DNA of 64,000 nt. Source: Leptospira sp. GTDB taxonomy: Bacteria > Spirochaetota > Leptospiria > Leptospirales > Leptospiraceae. A program made the position numbers and the translations under genes. Positions 1-9,830 of this stretch are shown piece after piece. Under the pieces are notes generated by a model, which saw only the letters and a list, made by a program, of their open reading frames with translations, made no database searches and was not told the origin of the DNA. The DNA is taken from NCBI GenBank assembly GCA_034439575.1, contig JAWXAQ010000022.1:32001-96000 (forward strand). The letters are read 5' to 3'. How positions within the stretch are numbered: the first letter of the stretch is position 1; the number at the start of each line of letters is the position of its first letter.

Positions 1-1109
1 CCTATGATTCCGCCTAAAATCAAAAAATGAATAAAATCATGATGTGCATGACCTTTGGGTGTAATTAGTATTTCATAATAGAGATAGGGTTTTTTCTCGA
101 TTTGATCTATATAAGAGGTTTCAAAATATTTTGTATAATTGCCAGAACCTATACCAAATATTCGATTATTTTGAAATATTTCAACATTCGCTTTATGAAT
201 CCATACCCTTTGGTTTTCTAAAGTTTGTTTCGCAAACAATTGTTCAATGCTCCTTCGAAACAACCAATTTGTTTGAAAAATGACAGCAATCAAAAATATT
301 AAAATAGTAAATGAGAATATGAGAGTATACTTATGTTTTTTGAAAAGATTTAAACTTGATTTAGGTTTATATAATAATATATATGCGGTGATAAGGCCAA
401 TCCAGATAGATCGACTCTGGTTCAATAATAAAACAAGTAATCCTAAAATGGAGTATATTCCAAAAATAATTAAAGGAAATTTATTAAATTTTTTAGAATG
501 TAAATGTAGTCTTAACAATCGATAAAAATGAAACCAAACAGCAGGTAAAAATAAAGCGAGTAAACCCCCATATGTTAGGTGAGTATTTTGGATTCCAATG
601 GGAAGGTATATCGCTAAATCCCAGAAATCAAGAAAGGCTATTTGATGCGGTAATCTTCTACCAATCAAAAATTGGAATCCATCCATAACGAATGTCGAGA
701 TTCGATAAGGAAAAAAAATAGAAATACAACCGAAGGTGATAAGTAAGAGAGAAGCGAATTTTAGGTGTGTTTTTAATTTTGTTTTTTGGGCAATGGAAAA
801 TCCACTAGTGGGAAGTAAAATGAGTAACATCCAAATATCGCCAAATTCCGATTTTAACATCTTCTTCCCGAATGAATATGGACTTTCGCAAGACTGGAAA
901 GCTGAGGATATAAGGATTAAAATATAAAGACTAAAGCCTACCCAAAAAAGTCTGGGAAAGTCCTTGAAATTTGGTCTCTTGAAAATGAAATAGCAAAGTA
1001 TGGATAGAACGGCAAAAAACTGTGAAAGTGTGACGGAAAGGATCGCCGAATATACATATAGGACGAGCAATAAAAAATCAAAATTTTTAAACGAAATCTT
1101 ACTGCCCAT
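1..1109 (-). CDS. O-antigen ligase family membrane protein (3' end outside the window)
   Basis: Not in the ORF track because there is no stop in the window. Manual translation from ATG 1109 gives MGSKISFKNFDFLLLVLYVYSAILSVTLSQFFAVLS..., very hydrophobic, with FGIGSGNY and PKGHAHHDFIHFLILGG (WaaL-type GxG and HAH motifs) near the left edge. Confidence 0.8.
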   Translation of the reverse strand, partial: MGSKISFKNFDFLLLVLYVYSAILSVTLSQFFAVLSILCYFIFKRPNFKDFPRLFWVGFSLYILILISSAFQSCESPYSFGKKMLKSEFGDIWMLLILLPTSGFSIAQKTKLKTHLKFASLLLITFGCISIFFPYRISTFVMDGFQFLIGRRLPHQIAFLDFWDLAIYLPIGIQNTHLTYGGLLALFLPAVWFHFYRLLRLHLHSKKFNKFPLIIFGIYSILGLLVLLLNQSRSIWIGLITAYILLYKPKSSLNLFKKHKYTLIFSFTILIFLIAVIFQTNWLFRRSIEQLFAKQTLENQRVWIHKANVEIFQNNRIFGIGSGNYTKYFETSYIDQIEKKPYLYYEILITPKGHAHHDFIHFLILGGII

Positions 1110-1129
1110 AGCTACAATAGAAATCGAAG

Positions 1130-1966
1130 TTGGTCTCTGTGTCCACTAAAGGTACAAAAAAACTTTCTGTTGCCATCATTACTTTCAATGAAGAAAAAAA
1201 TATCAAAGATTGTATATTATCGGTAGAATCAATTGCAGATGAAATCATCATTTTAGATTCTTTTAGTACTGACAAAACTAAAGAAATTTCTTTAAAGCAT
1301 AACAAAGTTAAGTTTTTTGAAAATCCCTTTTATGGTCATGTAGAGCAAAAAAATAAGGCAATTTCACTTTGTAAAAATGAATGGATACTTTCTCTTGATG
1401 CTGATGAAAGAGTAGATAAAGAATTAAATGCAGAGATAACAAAATTTTTATCTGAACCAGAGAATCATGAAATACAAGGATTTTTAATTTCTCGTCTAAC
1501 ATTTCATCTTGGTCGATGGATTCGTCATAGTGGATGGTATCCACAAAGAAGGTATAGATTGTTCCAAAAACAATTTGCAAAATGGGTTGGCGAAAATCCA
1601 CACGATTTTATAGAAATCCAAGAGGCAAAAAAAGGTAAAGTAATCAACGGAAATATTTTACATTATAGTTTTTCAGACTTCTCTCACCAAATAACAACGA
1701 TCAATCAATTTTCATCCATAGTCGCATACTCACGTTATTCGAAGGGAATTTCTTTTTCCCTGATAAAATCTATTTTAAAACCTATAGGAAAATTTTTTGA
1801 AATTTATATATTCAAACTTGGTTTTCTAGATGGAATTCCTGGGCTCTATATTGCTCTTGCTTCTAGTTTCTCCACTTTTCTTAAATATGCGAAAATATAT
1901 GAATTACAAAATGGTTCAATAGAAAGACCATCAAACATTAGAAAAGACTATGGCAAAAAAAAATAA
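1130..1966 (+). CDS. Glycosyltransferase family 2 (WaaE/KdtX-like LPS glycosyltransferase)
   Basis: LSVAIITFNEE, LDSFSTD, WILSLDADE (DxD), LGFLDGIPG motifs. Confidence 0.9.
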   Translation: MVSVSTKGTKKLSVAIITFNEEKNIKDCILSVESIADEIIILDSFSTDKTKEISLKHNKVKFFENPFYGHVEQKNKAISLCKNEWILSLDADERVDKELNAEITKFLSEPENHEIQGFLISRLTFHLGRWIRHSGWYPQRRYRLFQKQFAKWVGENPHDFIEIQEAKKGKVINGNILHYSFSDFSHQITTINQFSSIVAYSRYSKGISFSLIKSILKPIGKFFEIYIFKLGFLDGIPGLYIALASSFSTFLKYAKIYELQNGSIERPSNIRKDYGKKK

Positions 1967-2711
1967 ACCTTCTTTATTTAAGCGTATTTTACAATTTTTC
2001 TGGAAGAAAAAAAATCCTGCTATCTCCATAAATGCAGAGATCCCGAAACCTAAGTCTTTAGACATGGAATGGAAAAAAGCGCAATTAAAATGGAATCAGT
2101 TATTATTGACTAAGAGCGTAGAACAAGGTTTGGTTGTGGAAAGATCTGGATATAAACTTCACAAAACAAATGATAAACTATTTCGATTAGAAGGAAATGA
2201 TTTTTCAATTCTAATTGCCACTGGAAATACGATTTATACAAATAAAGACGGAAAGTTAGCGGGGATCATTTTTGTCGAAGAAGGAAATCTCAACCAAGCC
2301 ATTCAATCAGATTATTCAAAATTAGAAGACTTTTTAACAAGGCTAAATTTGCCAAAAGCTGATTTGAATTTTGAATTAGGAAAATTAGAAAACTGGAAGA
2401 TCATTCTGAATTGGGAAAGGTTTTGGAAAGAACAACTGTTACTTCAACTTTCCGCCAATACGACCGCCATTCTTTTGTTAGCATTGGGTGATGAAATGAA
2501 TGATTTTTTTACTTCTGTAGCGACAGATCGCCAAAAAACACTAGTTAGAGATGAATTCTTTTTTTTGAATTCTGGAAAAACGGGTGAGGCAAATTATCCA
2601 CATGGAAAAAATAAGAATTTCTTCGGATTTTCAGGTGCTTTGAGCGAATTTTCAAATAAAATTGACTTAATCCAAAAGAAGAGAGATAAAGAAATTGGAA
2701 TACCAAAATAA
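1950..2711 (+). CDS. Hypothetical protein with a possible FliG C-terminal-like domain
   Basis: 253-aa ORF overlapping both neighbours; C-terminal helical pattern resembles FliG-C (see findings). Confidence 0.6.
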   Translation: MAKKNKPSLFKRILQFFWKKKNPAISINAEIPKPKSLDMEWKKAQLKWNQLLLTKSVEQGLVVERSGYKLHKTNDKLFRLEGNDFSILIATGNTIYTNKDGKLAGIIFVEEGNLNQAIQSDYSKLEDFLTRLNLPKADLNFELGKLENWKIILNWERFWKEQLLLQLSANTTAILLLALGDEMNDFFTSVATDRQKTLVRDEFFFLNSGKTGEANYPHGKNKNFFGFSGALSEFSNKIDLIQKKRDKEIGIPK

Positions 2712-3282
2712 AATCAAACAAACCATACAAGAATCCATTGATGTAAAAAAACAGGTTTCTGAAAGACTAGCACCTGACATTGAAAAGGCTGGCAAACTTT
2801 GCGTAGACGTTCTCAATTCAGGCGGAATGTTATATTTTTGTGGAAATGGTGGTTCTAGTTGTGACGCCTCACATATTGCCGCCGAGCTCGTCATACGTTA
2901 TAAAGGTGGAAACGAAAGAAAGGCCATACCAGCAATCGCACTTAACTCAGATCAGGCGGTTCTGACTGCTTGTTCAAACGATTATGGTTATGAACATGTT
3001 TTTCGCAGACAACTCGAAGCTTTCGGAAAACCAAATGATTTATTTGTGGGCCTTACCACATCAGGCAATTCTCAAAATATTTTACTGGCTCTAGAAGAAG
3101 CAAATTCTATCGGTATGAAATCATTGTTATTGTTAGGTGGCGATGGTGGCAAAATAGCAGGAAAGGGAACACTCGAATTGATCGTGCCATCTTCTGTCAC
3201 AGCTCGCATTCAAGAATCTCATATATTGATCGGACATATCCTATGTAGCATTATTGAAAAAGAGCTTTTCGGGTTGGACTAA
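2695..3282 (+). CDS. gmhA: D-sedoheptulose-7-phosphate isomerase
   Basis: [30 protein letters not shown]-domain motifs. Confidence 0.95.
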   Translation: MEYQNKIKQTIQESIDVKKQVSERLAPDIEKAGKLCVDVLNSGGMLYFCGNGGSSCDASHIAAELVIRYKGGNERKAIPAIALNSDQAVLTACSNDYGYEHVFRRQLEAFGKPNDLFVGLTTSGNSQNILLALEEANSIGMKSLLLLGGDGGKIAGKGTLELIVPSSVTARIQESHILIGHILCSIIEKELFGLD

Positions 3283-3286
3283 TATT

Positions 3287-4060
3287 TTGGAACCCTTGAT
3301 TCGGATTGCGCATGCTAACTTACAATCAGGGGAAGGTAAATTCATTTGGAAAGATCTTTCCTTTCAATTGTTACCAAATGAGATACATGCGATCATTGGT
3401 GAATCTGGTTCCGGAAAAACAACACTTGCCACTTCAATTTTTGGCATCCTACCAAAATCTTGGGATTTAACATTTGAGACTTGGGATGTAGCGGGATTGT
3501 CCTGGCAGAAAATGATTGATCAACGATTCCAAAAAAATCTTGTCAATAATGTCTTTCTTGTGCCGCAAAATCCGAATTTGGCGTTTCATCCTTACAGGGA
3601 TTTACTTTCACAAATTCAAGATTTTTATACGTATGGCTTGAAAGCAAAGTTTCAAAAGGAAGAAATCCTCTCTTTGTGGCAAGATATGGGTATAGAAGGC
3701 GGATACAATTTATTGAAACGGATGCCAAGGAATCTTTCGGGTGGAGAAAAACAAAGAATTTGTTTGTCTCTGGCAATTTTGGCAAATCCGAGAATCCTCA
3801 TTTTGGATGAGCCGACAACGGGTTTGGATGCATCGACTGAACTTTGGGTGTTACGTCGCATCAAAGAAATAGCTTCCGTATCTGGTCGTGGAGTGATTTT
3901 TATTTCCCATGACCTTCGCATTGTCGAAAGTCTAGCCTCCCAAGTTACGATAATGAAAGAAGGGCAAATTGTAGAAAGCCAACCGATCAAGGAAAGAAAA
4001 ATTGAACTTCACTCACCTTATGGCCAGGCTTTGGAAAATGCGCATAAACTTTTCGTTTAA
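3287..4060 (+). CDS. ABC transporter ATP-binding protein (OppD/DppD-like)
   Basis: GESGSGKT, LSGGEKQR, LILDEPTTGLD, ISHDL. The start is placed at the TTG just after the gmhA stop. Confidence 0.9.
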   Translation: MEPLIRIAHANLQSGEGKFIWKDLSFQLLPNEIHAIIGESGSGKTTLATSIFGILPKSWDLTFETWDVAGLSWQKMIDQRFQKNLVNNVFLVPQNPNLAFHPYRDLLSQIQDFYTYGLKAKFQKEEILSLWQDMGIEGGYNLLKRMPRNLSGGEKQRICLSLAILANPRILILDEPTTGLDASTELWVLRRIKEIASVSGRGVIFISHDLRIVESLASQVTIMKEGQIVESQPIKERKIELHSPYGQALENAHKLFV

Positions 4061-5513
4061 AAAGTTTTGTTTCCCTCTTTTTTACTTGTTACTCATATTT
4101 CCTATTTTTTCGGAGGATCGTTACCATATTTCCAGTTTTGATTCTAGTAAATACCCGATCCTAACCGTTGAACTTATTGCACGCGAAAATTTATTTGGAA
4201 AGGAAGGGGAATTGCTGATCTCGGAAGATATTGGTGAAGGTAAAAAAATTGCCACCGAATACAAATTATCCGAAAATACAGAACAAAATCCTCTACATGT
4301 TTATTTGTCTATCCCTAGTTATGCGAATTGGGAAGAGAAAAAATGGTTACTTCAATTTTCACATAACATTGCGACTCTAGTTGAACGTTCAAAAGGAAAA
4401 TTTTTCCTCAATGTCCAATCAGATGATAAATTTATTTTTTATGAAGGTTTACCTGCGATTAAATTGACACCTTCCTTCGCATTACCCAAAGAGAAAATGC
4501 CAAATTACCCACTACGAACTTGGGAAAAAGTGATAGGTAAAATGAAGGCAGATGAACATCCAAATAAAGTTTTCATTTCCCTTAGCTTTCAAAATGATTG
4601 GGAAGATAAATTTCGAATCGCCGACTTTGCCAAAAAAATTAACGAAGAAAAAATAAGATATTATGTTGCAGGCCATAATAGTCTCGAGACCACCAAACTT
4701 GCAAGTTATGTGAATGGTAAATTTTTTTCCATCGCAAGTGAAGAAGGAATCTCTGCACTTTTTAAAGAACTGAATGCTCTCGCTTTACCAAAAGTAAGCT
4801 TAGTCTATAAGTCCCCACTTGAATTATCTCCTTGGTCATATTTCGAAGCGGATGTTGAAATATCATTTGGGGAAGAAAAGAATTTAACGTATCAATACGA
4901 AGTTTCTCTGATTAAAACCATTTATTATAAATTTATAGATCCATTTATTTTTTATCCTGTTCTTTTTTTCTTTATCATTTTGTGTTTTTCAGTTCTATAT
5001 TATTTACGTGGGTATGAAGTTCCAAAATCAAAATATAATAAACCTAAGCGTTCAAATGAAAAAATAAGCATCATTTCTGAACTCTCCGAAGAAAATCAAA
5101 GAAATAAAAATGAATTAGAAGTATACGAACGAGTGTATGGTGAGGTCACAGGAAAAGCACGCGAAAATGAAATCGTATCACAGTTTCTCGAAAGGGAAGA
5201 AATTTATGGCGAAACCTATGCCACAGCGGTTCTTGTGATCAAAGAAGGCATTTCCCAAGGGGAAAAATATATTTTGAAATCGGATGAAACTTTGATCGGC
5301 AGGGGTGAAGATTGTGACTTGGTTTTGAATGATCCCTATGTAGATATATTGCACGCTAAAATCAAAAAAGTAAGGGGTCGACAATTGCTTTTTGATTGTG
5401 CATCTAGTGAAGGTGTGCTATTAAATGGTAAGAAACTTTTGCGACCGAAAGCTTTGCATGATTTAGATGAAGTGAAAATTGGCAAAACTGTATTTTCCTT
5501 TCGTGGTAGATAG
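4038..5513 (+). CDS. Membrane protein with an N-terminal exported (vWA-like?) region and a C-terminal FHA domain
   Basis: Signal-like N-terminus, central TM (FIFYPVLFFFIILCFSVLYYL), C-terminal IGRGEDCDLVLNDPYVDILHAKI...LHDLDEVKIG FHA fold. Confidence 0.8.
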   Translation: MRINFSFKKFCFPLFYLLLIFPIFSEDRYHISSFDSSKYPILTVELIARENLFGKEGELLISEDIGEGKKIATEYKLSENTEQNPLHVYLSIPSYANWEEKKWLLQFSHNIATLVERSKGKFFLNVQSDDKFIFYEGLPAIKLTPSFALPKEKMPNYPLRTWEKVIGKMKADEHPNKVFISLSFQNDWEDKFRIADFAKKINEEKIRYYVAGHNSLETTKLASYVNGKFFSIASEEGISALFKELNALALPKVSLVYKSPLELSPWSYFEADVEISFGEEKNLTYQYEVSLIKTIYYKFIDPFIFYPVLFFFIILCFSVLYYLRGYEVPKSKYNKPKRSNEKISIISELSEENQRNKNELEVYERVYGEVTGKARENEIVSQFLEREEIYGETYATAVLVIKEGISQGEKYILKSDETLIGRGEDCDLVLNDPYVDILHAKIKKVRGRQLLFDCASSEGVLLNGKKLLRPKALHDLDEVKIGKTVFSFRGR

Positions 5514-5522
5514 GAGTCGATT

Positions 5523-6323
5523 ATGTTGAGATTGTTACTTTCTATTTTTCTGATTTTGAGCGCATGTGGTGGCACAAAGTCCACAGATTCGACGACAGCA
5601 GCAGTTCTCCTTGCCAATGAGTCTGGCGCTGATGGTTGCACCATCACTGGTATCTCAAATCAGATTAAAGCTGGTTATACGGAAATCGCAACGACATCAA
5701 AAACTGTCAGCACACGCGCTGTCCAAGATACCTATTATGCCGTTGTACAGGTAAAAGGTGGTCAAATTGGAACCAATATAGTTTTTAATCAAAATTTAAC
5801 TCCCTATTTTTATAAATCAACAAGTTGCCCTTTGAAATTGGACACTGATGTATTAGCCGCAGAAGGAACAGATTATACAAAAACTCTCACAGAAACTAGT
5901 CTTACCTTTACCTTACTTAAGGCGAGTAGTTATCTCATTTACTTTTACAGCAAGACAAATTACGAAGCAAACGGATTAACGGTCGTTACTACGGGGACTG
6001 CCTTGCAAGCCGTGAGTGATGCTACTTTGACCGGTATATTGAACGGTAGTACAACTACGTTTCAATTTGCCTGCGACGACAGTGCCTCCACTGGAATTTG
6101 CCAAAACTATTATGGCAGTTTTACAAGTTGTCTAGCGGGCGGTACAAAACAAACTTCTAAGTGTACAGAAACAAATGTTGTCGGCTCATGCAAACTTTCT
6201 CAATCAGGTATCGGAACCATAGTCAGCGTTTACACTTCACCAACAATAGCGGATGCGACTGCGGCAAGTGCCAAATGTACTTCCGGAACATTTCAGAGCG
6301 GAAGCACCGTTCAAACTCCTTAA
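5523..6323 (+). CDS. Thr/Ser-rich lipoprotein with a Cys-rich C-terminal domain
   Basis: Lipobox ILSA-C, RBS AGGAG, six Cys in the last ~85 aa. Confidence 0.8.
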   Translation: MLRLLLSIFLILSACGGTKSTDSTTAAVLLANESGADGCTITGISNQIKAGYTEIATTSKTVSTRAVQDTYYAVVQVKGGQIGTNIVFNQNLTPYFYKSTSCPLKLDTDVLAAEGTDYTKTLTETSLTFTLLKASSYLIYFYSKTNYEANGLTVVTTGTALQAVSDATLTGILNGSTTTFQFACDDSASTGICQNYYGSFTSCLAGGTKQTSKCTETNVVGSCKLSQSGIGTIVSVYTSPTIADATAASAKCTSGTFQSGSTVQTP

Positions 6324-6401
6324 ACAAGCAAGTTTTTCTTTCAAATTCTCTGGACGATCTACCCCCAGTACGGGGTATGACTTAGATAAGGGAGAGTCCG
6401 A

Positions 6402-7796
6402 ATGAAAACGATGTTTGAAAAGATTTGGGAAGATCATTTGGTAGATGAGGAAAATGGAACTTGCATTATCTATATCGATCGCCACCTAGTTCATGAAGTC
6501 ACAAGCCCGCAAGCCTTTGAAAACTTAAAATTAACTGGTCGTAAGGTCAGACGTCCAGATGCTACTTTTGCGACTATGGATCATAATGTATCCACTCGTA
6601 CTAAGGATCTTTCCAAAATTGATCCCATTGCTGTTTTACAAATGCAAACTTTGGAAAATAATTGCAAAGAAAACCGTATTAGTCTATTCGATATCAATCA
6701 TCCAGACAATGGAATCGTACATGTTGTGGCTCCAGAACTCGGACTCACTCATCCCGGAATGACAATTGTTTGTGGGGATTCACATACAGCTACTCATGGT
6801 GCCTTTGGTGCCCTCGCATTTGGAATTGGTACTTCGGAAGTGGAACATGTGCTTGCGACTCAAACCTTAGTCCAAAGAAAACCAAAAACATTAGAAATCC
6901 GAGTCGATGGCAAACTCTCACCTCTAGTTTCAGCAAAAGACATCGTACTTGCTATCATTGGAAAAATTGGAACTGATGGTGCCACAGGTTATGTCATCGA
7001 ATTTACGGGCGAAGCGATTCGTGCCTTGTCTATGGAAGGTCGCATGACAATCTGTAATATGGCGATTGAGGCTGGGGCAAGAGCTGGCCTAATCTCTCCA
7101 GATGATACTACAATCTCTTATATCAAAGGCAGAGACTTCGCACCAAAAGGTGCCGAATTTGAAATTGCGGAAAAGAAATGGCGAGCCTATGCTACGGATC
7201 CTGGAGCGAAGTATGACAAAACAGTCGTACTCAATGCCAATGAAATTGCACCTATGGTGAGTTGGGGAACTTCTCCAGGTCAAGTTGTTCCTGTAACAGC
7301 TGTTGTGCCAGGGCCAAATGATTTTTCAGATCCGATCCAAAAAAAATCAGCTGAATCAGCATTGTCCTATATGGATTTGAAAGCTGGTCAAAAAATTTCT
7401 GACATCAAAGTAAATAAAGTTTTTATCGGTTCTTGTACAAATTCAAGGATCGAAGACCTTCGTGTTGTGGCGGAAACTGTGAAGGGTAAAAAAGTTAATT
7501 CCGCAGTTGAGGCGATCATCGTCCCAGGATCTGGAAGGGTAAAACGCCAAGCTGAACTAGAAGGTTTGGATAAAATTTTTATCGAGTCTGGATTTCAATG
7601 GAGAAACCCAGGTTGTTCGATGTGCCTTGCGATGAATGATGATGTTCTCTCACCTGGAGACAGATGTGCCTCTACCTCCAATCGTAACTTTGAAGGTAGA
7701 CAGGGGAAAGGTGGCAGAACACACCTAGTTGGTCCGGCGATGGCAGCAGCTACTGCTATTGAAGGTCATTTTGTAGATATACGTGATTGGAAATAA
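6402..7796 (+). CDS. leuC: 3-isopropylmalate dehydratase large subunit
   Basis: [44 protein letters not shown]. Confidence 0.98.
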   Translation: MKTMFEKIWEDHLVDEENGTCIIYIDRHLVHEVTSPQAFENLKLTGRKVRRPDATFATMDHNVSTRTKDLSKIDPIAVLQMQTLENNCKENRISLFDINHPDNGIVHVVAPELGLTHPGMTIVCGDSHTATHGAFGALAFGIGTSEVEHVLATQTLVQRKPKTLEIRVDGKLSPLVSAKDIVLAIIGKIGTDGATGYVIEFTGEAIRALSMEGRMTICNMAIEAGARAGLISPDDTTISYIKGRDFAPKGAEFEIAEKKWRAYATDPGAKYDKTVVLNANEIAPMVSWGTSPGQVVPVTAVVPGPNDFSDPIQKKSAESALSYMDLKAGQKISDIKVNKVFIGSCTNSRIEDLRVVAETVKGKKVNSAVEAIIVPGSGRVKRQAELEGLDKIFIESGFQWRNPGCSMCLAMNDDVLSPGDRCASTSNRNFEGRQGKGGRTHLVGPAMAAATAIEGHFVDIRDWK

Positions 7797-7806
7797 GGAA
7801 TAAAAT

Positions 7807-8433
7807 ATGAAATCTTTTACAACACTCACTGGGATCGCCGCACTTCTTGATAAGGCAAATGTGGATACGGACCAAATCATACCAAAACAATTTCTTAGAA
7901 AAATAGAACGATCTGGATTCGGCCAACACCTGTTTCACGATTGGCGTTTTTTAGATGATGCAGGGCAAAAACCAAACCCTGATTTTATTTTAAATGCTCC
8001 TCGTTATGCGAATGCAAATACTCTTTTGACGCGAGATAATTTTGGCTGTGGTTCCTCTCGGGAACACGCACCTTGGGCTTTAGAAGATTATGGATTTCGT
8101 TGCATCATTGCACCTTCCTTTGCGGATATTTTTTACAACAATTGTTTTAAAAATGGAATGTTACCAATTGTACTCCCCGAAAATCAGGTCGAAGAATTAT
8201 TCAAATCCATATCAGCAAAACCAGGTGCCAAATTAACCATCGATTTAGAAAAACAAGAAATTCTTTCAGAAGAAGGCAAAAGTTATAAATTTGAAGTGGA
8301 TAGTTTTCGCAAGTACTGCCTTCTGAATGGTTTGGATGATATTGGTCTAACAATGAAAAAGGCAGATAAAATAACAGAATTTGAAGCCAAAAATAAAAAA
8401 GAAGTGCCTTGGCTTTATAAAGGTGTAGTCTAA
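7807..8433 (+). CDS. leuD: 3-isopropylmalate dehydratase small subunit
   Basis: [28 protein letters not shown]. Confidence 0.98.
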   Translation: MKSFTTLTGIAALLDKANVDTDQIIPKQFLRKIERSGFGQHLFHDWRFLDDAGQKPNPDFILNAPRYANANTLLTRDNFGCGSSREHAPWALEDYGFRCIIAPSFADIFYNNCFKNGMLPIVLPENQVEELFKSISAKPGAKLTIDLEKQEILSEEGKSYKFEVDSFRKYCLLNGLDDIGLTMKKADKITEFEAKNKKEVPWLYKGVV

Positions 8434-8439
8434 TTCATT

Positions 8440-8820
8440 ATGAAACATTTTATATTTATTTCCCTTTTGTTTTTTACGAGTGTCGGGTCACTAATCGCTG
8501 AGGATCTTTTGATCCAAGATACCAAAATCGGTAACGGAAAAGAAGCTGCCCGCGGAACAAATGTTACGGTTCATTATACGGGTAAACTTACCAATGGCAA
8601 AATATTTGATTCTTCCTTAGATCGAGGGGAACCATTCCGTTTTGATTTAGGTGCCGGCCAAGTGATTCAAGGTTGGGAAAAAGGAATCGTCGGTATGAAA
8701 GAAGGTGGCAAAAGAAAATTGACCATCCCGCCAAATCTTGGATATGGGAATAGACAAGTAGGACCCATTCCTGCAAATTCCACATTGATATTTGATGTAG
8801 AGTTATTACGCGTAAAATAA
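8440..8820 (+). CDS. FKBP-type peptidyl-prolyl cis-trans isomerase (exported)
   Basis: VHYTGKL, FDSS, VIQGWEKG, IPANSTLIFDVEL; signal peptide. Confidence 0.95.
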   Translation: MKHFIFISLLFFTSVGSLIAEDLLIQDTKIGNGKEAARGTNVTVHYTGKLTNGKIFDSSLDRGEPFRFDLGAGQVIQGWEKGIVGMKEGGKRKLTIPPNLGYGNRQVGPIPANSTLIFDVELLRVK

Positions 8821-8823
8821 CAA

Positions 8824-9825
8824 ATGTTTGATCCTATCTCTAAAGGTATAGATGATTTTGGCAATAGCCTTCTCCAAGCCTTGAACAATGTGCAGGGTCT
8901 TTTTGGGAAGGAATTGTCCGTTGCCAATCCAATAAAAGATAATATCTTACAATTGGTTGGAAACACGCCACTCATCCGATTGAATCGAATTGGATCAGAG
9001 TTTTCAGGCATCCATTTTTACCTTAAGGCAGAATTTTTAAATCCTACTGGTTCCGCCAAAGACCGCACAGCGCTTGCTATGTTTATAGACGCAGAGAGGC
9101 GAGGGCGCCTTAAGCGCGGTATGTCAGTGGTACTAATCGGTGCTGGATCTTCGGCGATTAGTTTTACTTGGATTGGAAAAATTAGACAATATCCTGTATT
9201 TTGTTTGGTGCCAATTGGTACCTCCTCAGAAAGGATTCAGGCACTGCGAGGTTATGGAGCCGAGGTAACAGTTGCAAGTAAGTCCGACGAACAATCGTTA
9301 ATGGAATTAGCAAATGTTAAAGCTCAAAAAGTAAATGGATGGATTCCTGATGAATCAGAAAATCCTGCCAATCCAAATTTTCATTTTAAGACTACTGGGC
9401 CTGAAATTTGGAGAGATTTACAAGGGAAAGTGGGAGCCATCGTTTCTGCCCCTGGTACTGGGGGTGCGATCACAGGCATCGGAAGATACTTGAAATCTCA
9501 AAATTCTAAAATCAAAGTAGTCCTTGCCGGAAAGCCAAATTCGTCTTATGTGAATTATGCGAAGGAAAAAGATAAAAAAAAGCAAGAGTCAATTTATCTG
9601 CCACCTGTTTTTGATCCTAAATTGATAGATTATACTTTTCCTATAAGTTCAGAAGAAGCCCTACATTTACAATCTGATCTTTATGAAAAAGAAGGAATAT
9701 TTGCTGGTTTAACAACGGGCACTGTCATCACGGGCGCTCTAAGATACTCGGAAACATTGCAAGAAACAATGGCAAATGAGAGAGAACCTTTTAATATTGT
9801 GATTCTTTCCCCAGATAGAGATTGA
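8824..9825 (+). CDS. PLP-dependent cysteine synthase-like protein (atypical)
   Basis: VGNTPLIRL, KAEFLNPTGSAKDR (PLP Lys), TTGPEIW, GTGG. The substrate loop is degenerate. Confidence 0.85.
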   Translation: MFDPISKGIDDFGNSLLQALNNVQGLFGKELSVANPIKDNILQLVGNTPLIRLNRIGSEFSGIHFYLKAEFLNPTGSAKDRTALAMFIDAERRGRLKRGMSVVLIGAGSSAISFTWIGKIRQYPVFCLVPIGTSSERIQALRGYGAEVTVASKSDEQSLMELANVKAQKVNGWIPDESENPANPNFHFKTTGPEIWRDLQGKVGAIVSAPGTGGAITGIGRYLKSQNSKIKVVLAGKPNSSYVNYAKEKDKKKQESIYLPPVFDPKLIDYTFPISSEEALHLQSDLYEKEGIFAGLTTGTVITGALRYSETLQETMANEREPFNIVILSPDRD

Positions 9826-9830
9826 GATTT

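Noticed and set aside
280-927. Short + strand ORFs (280-525, 736-927)
   Set aside because: Antisense shadows of the minus-strand O-antigen ligase.
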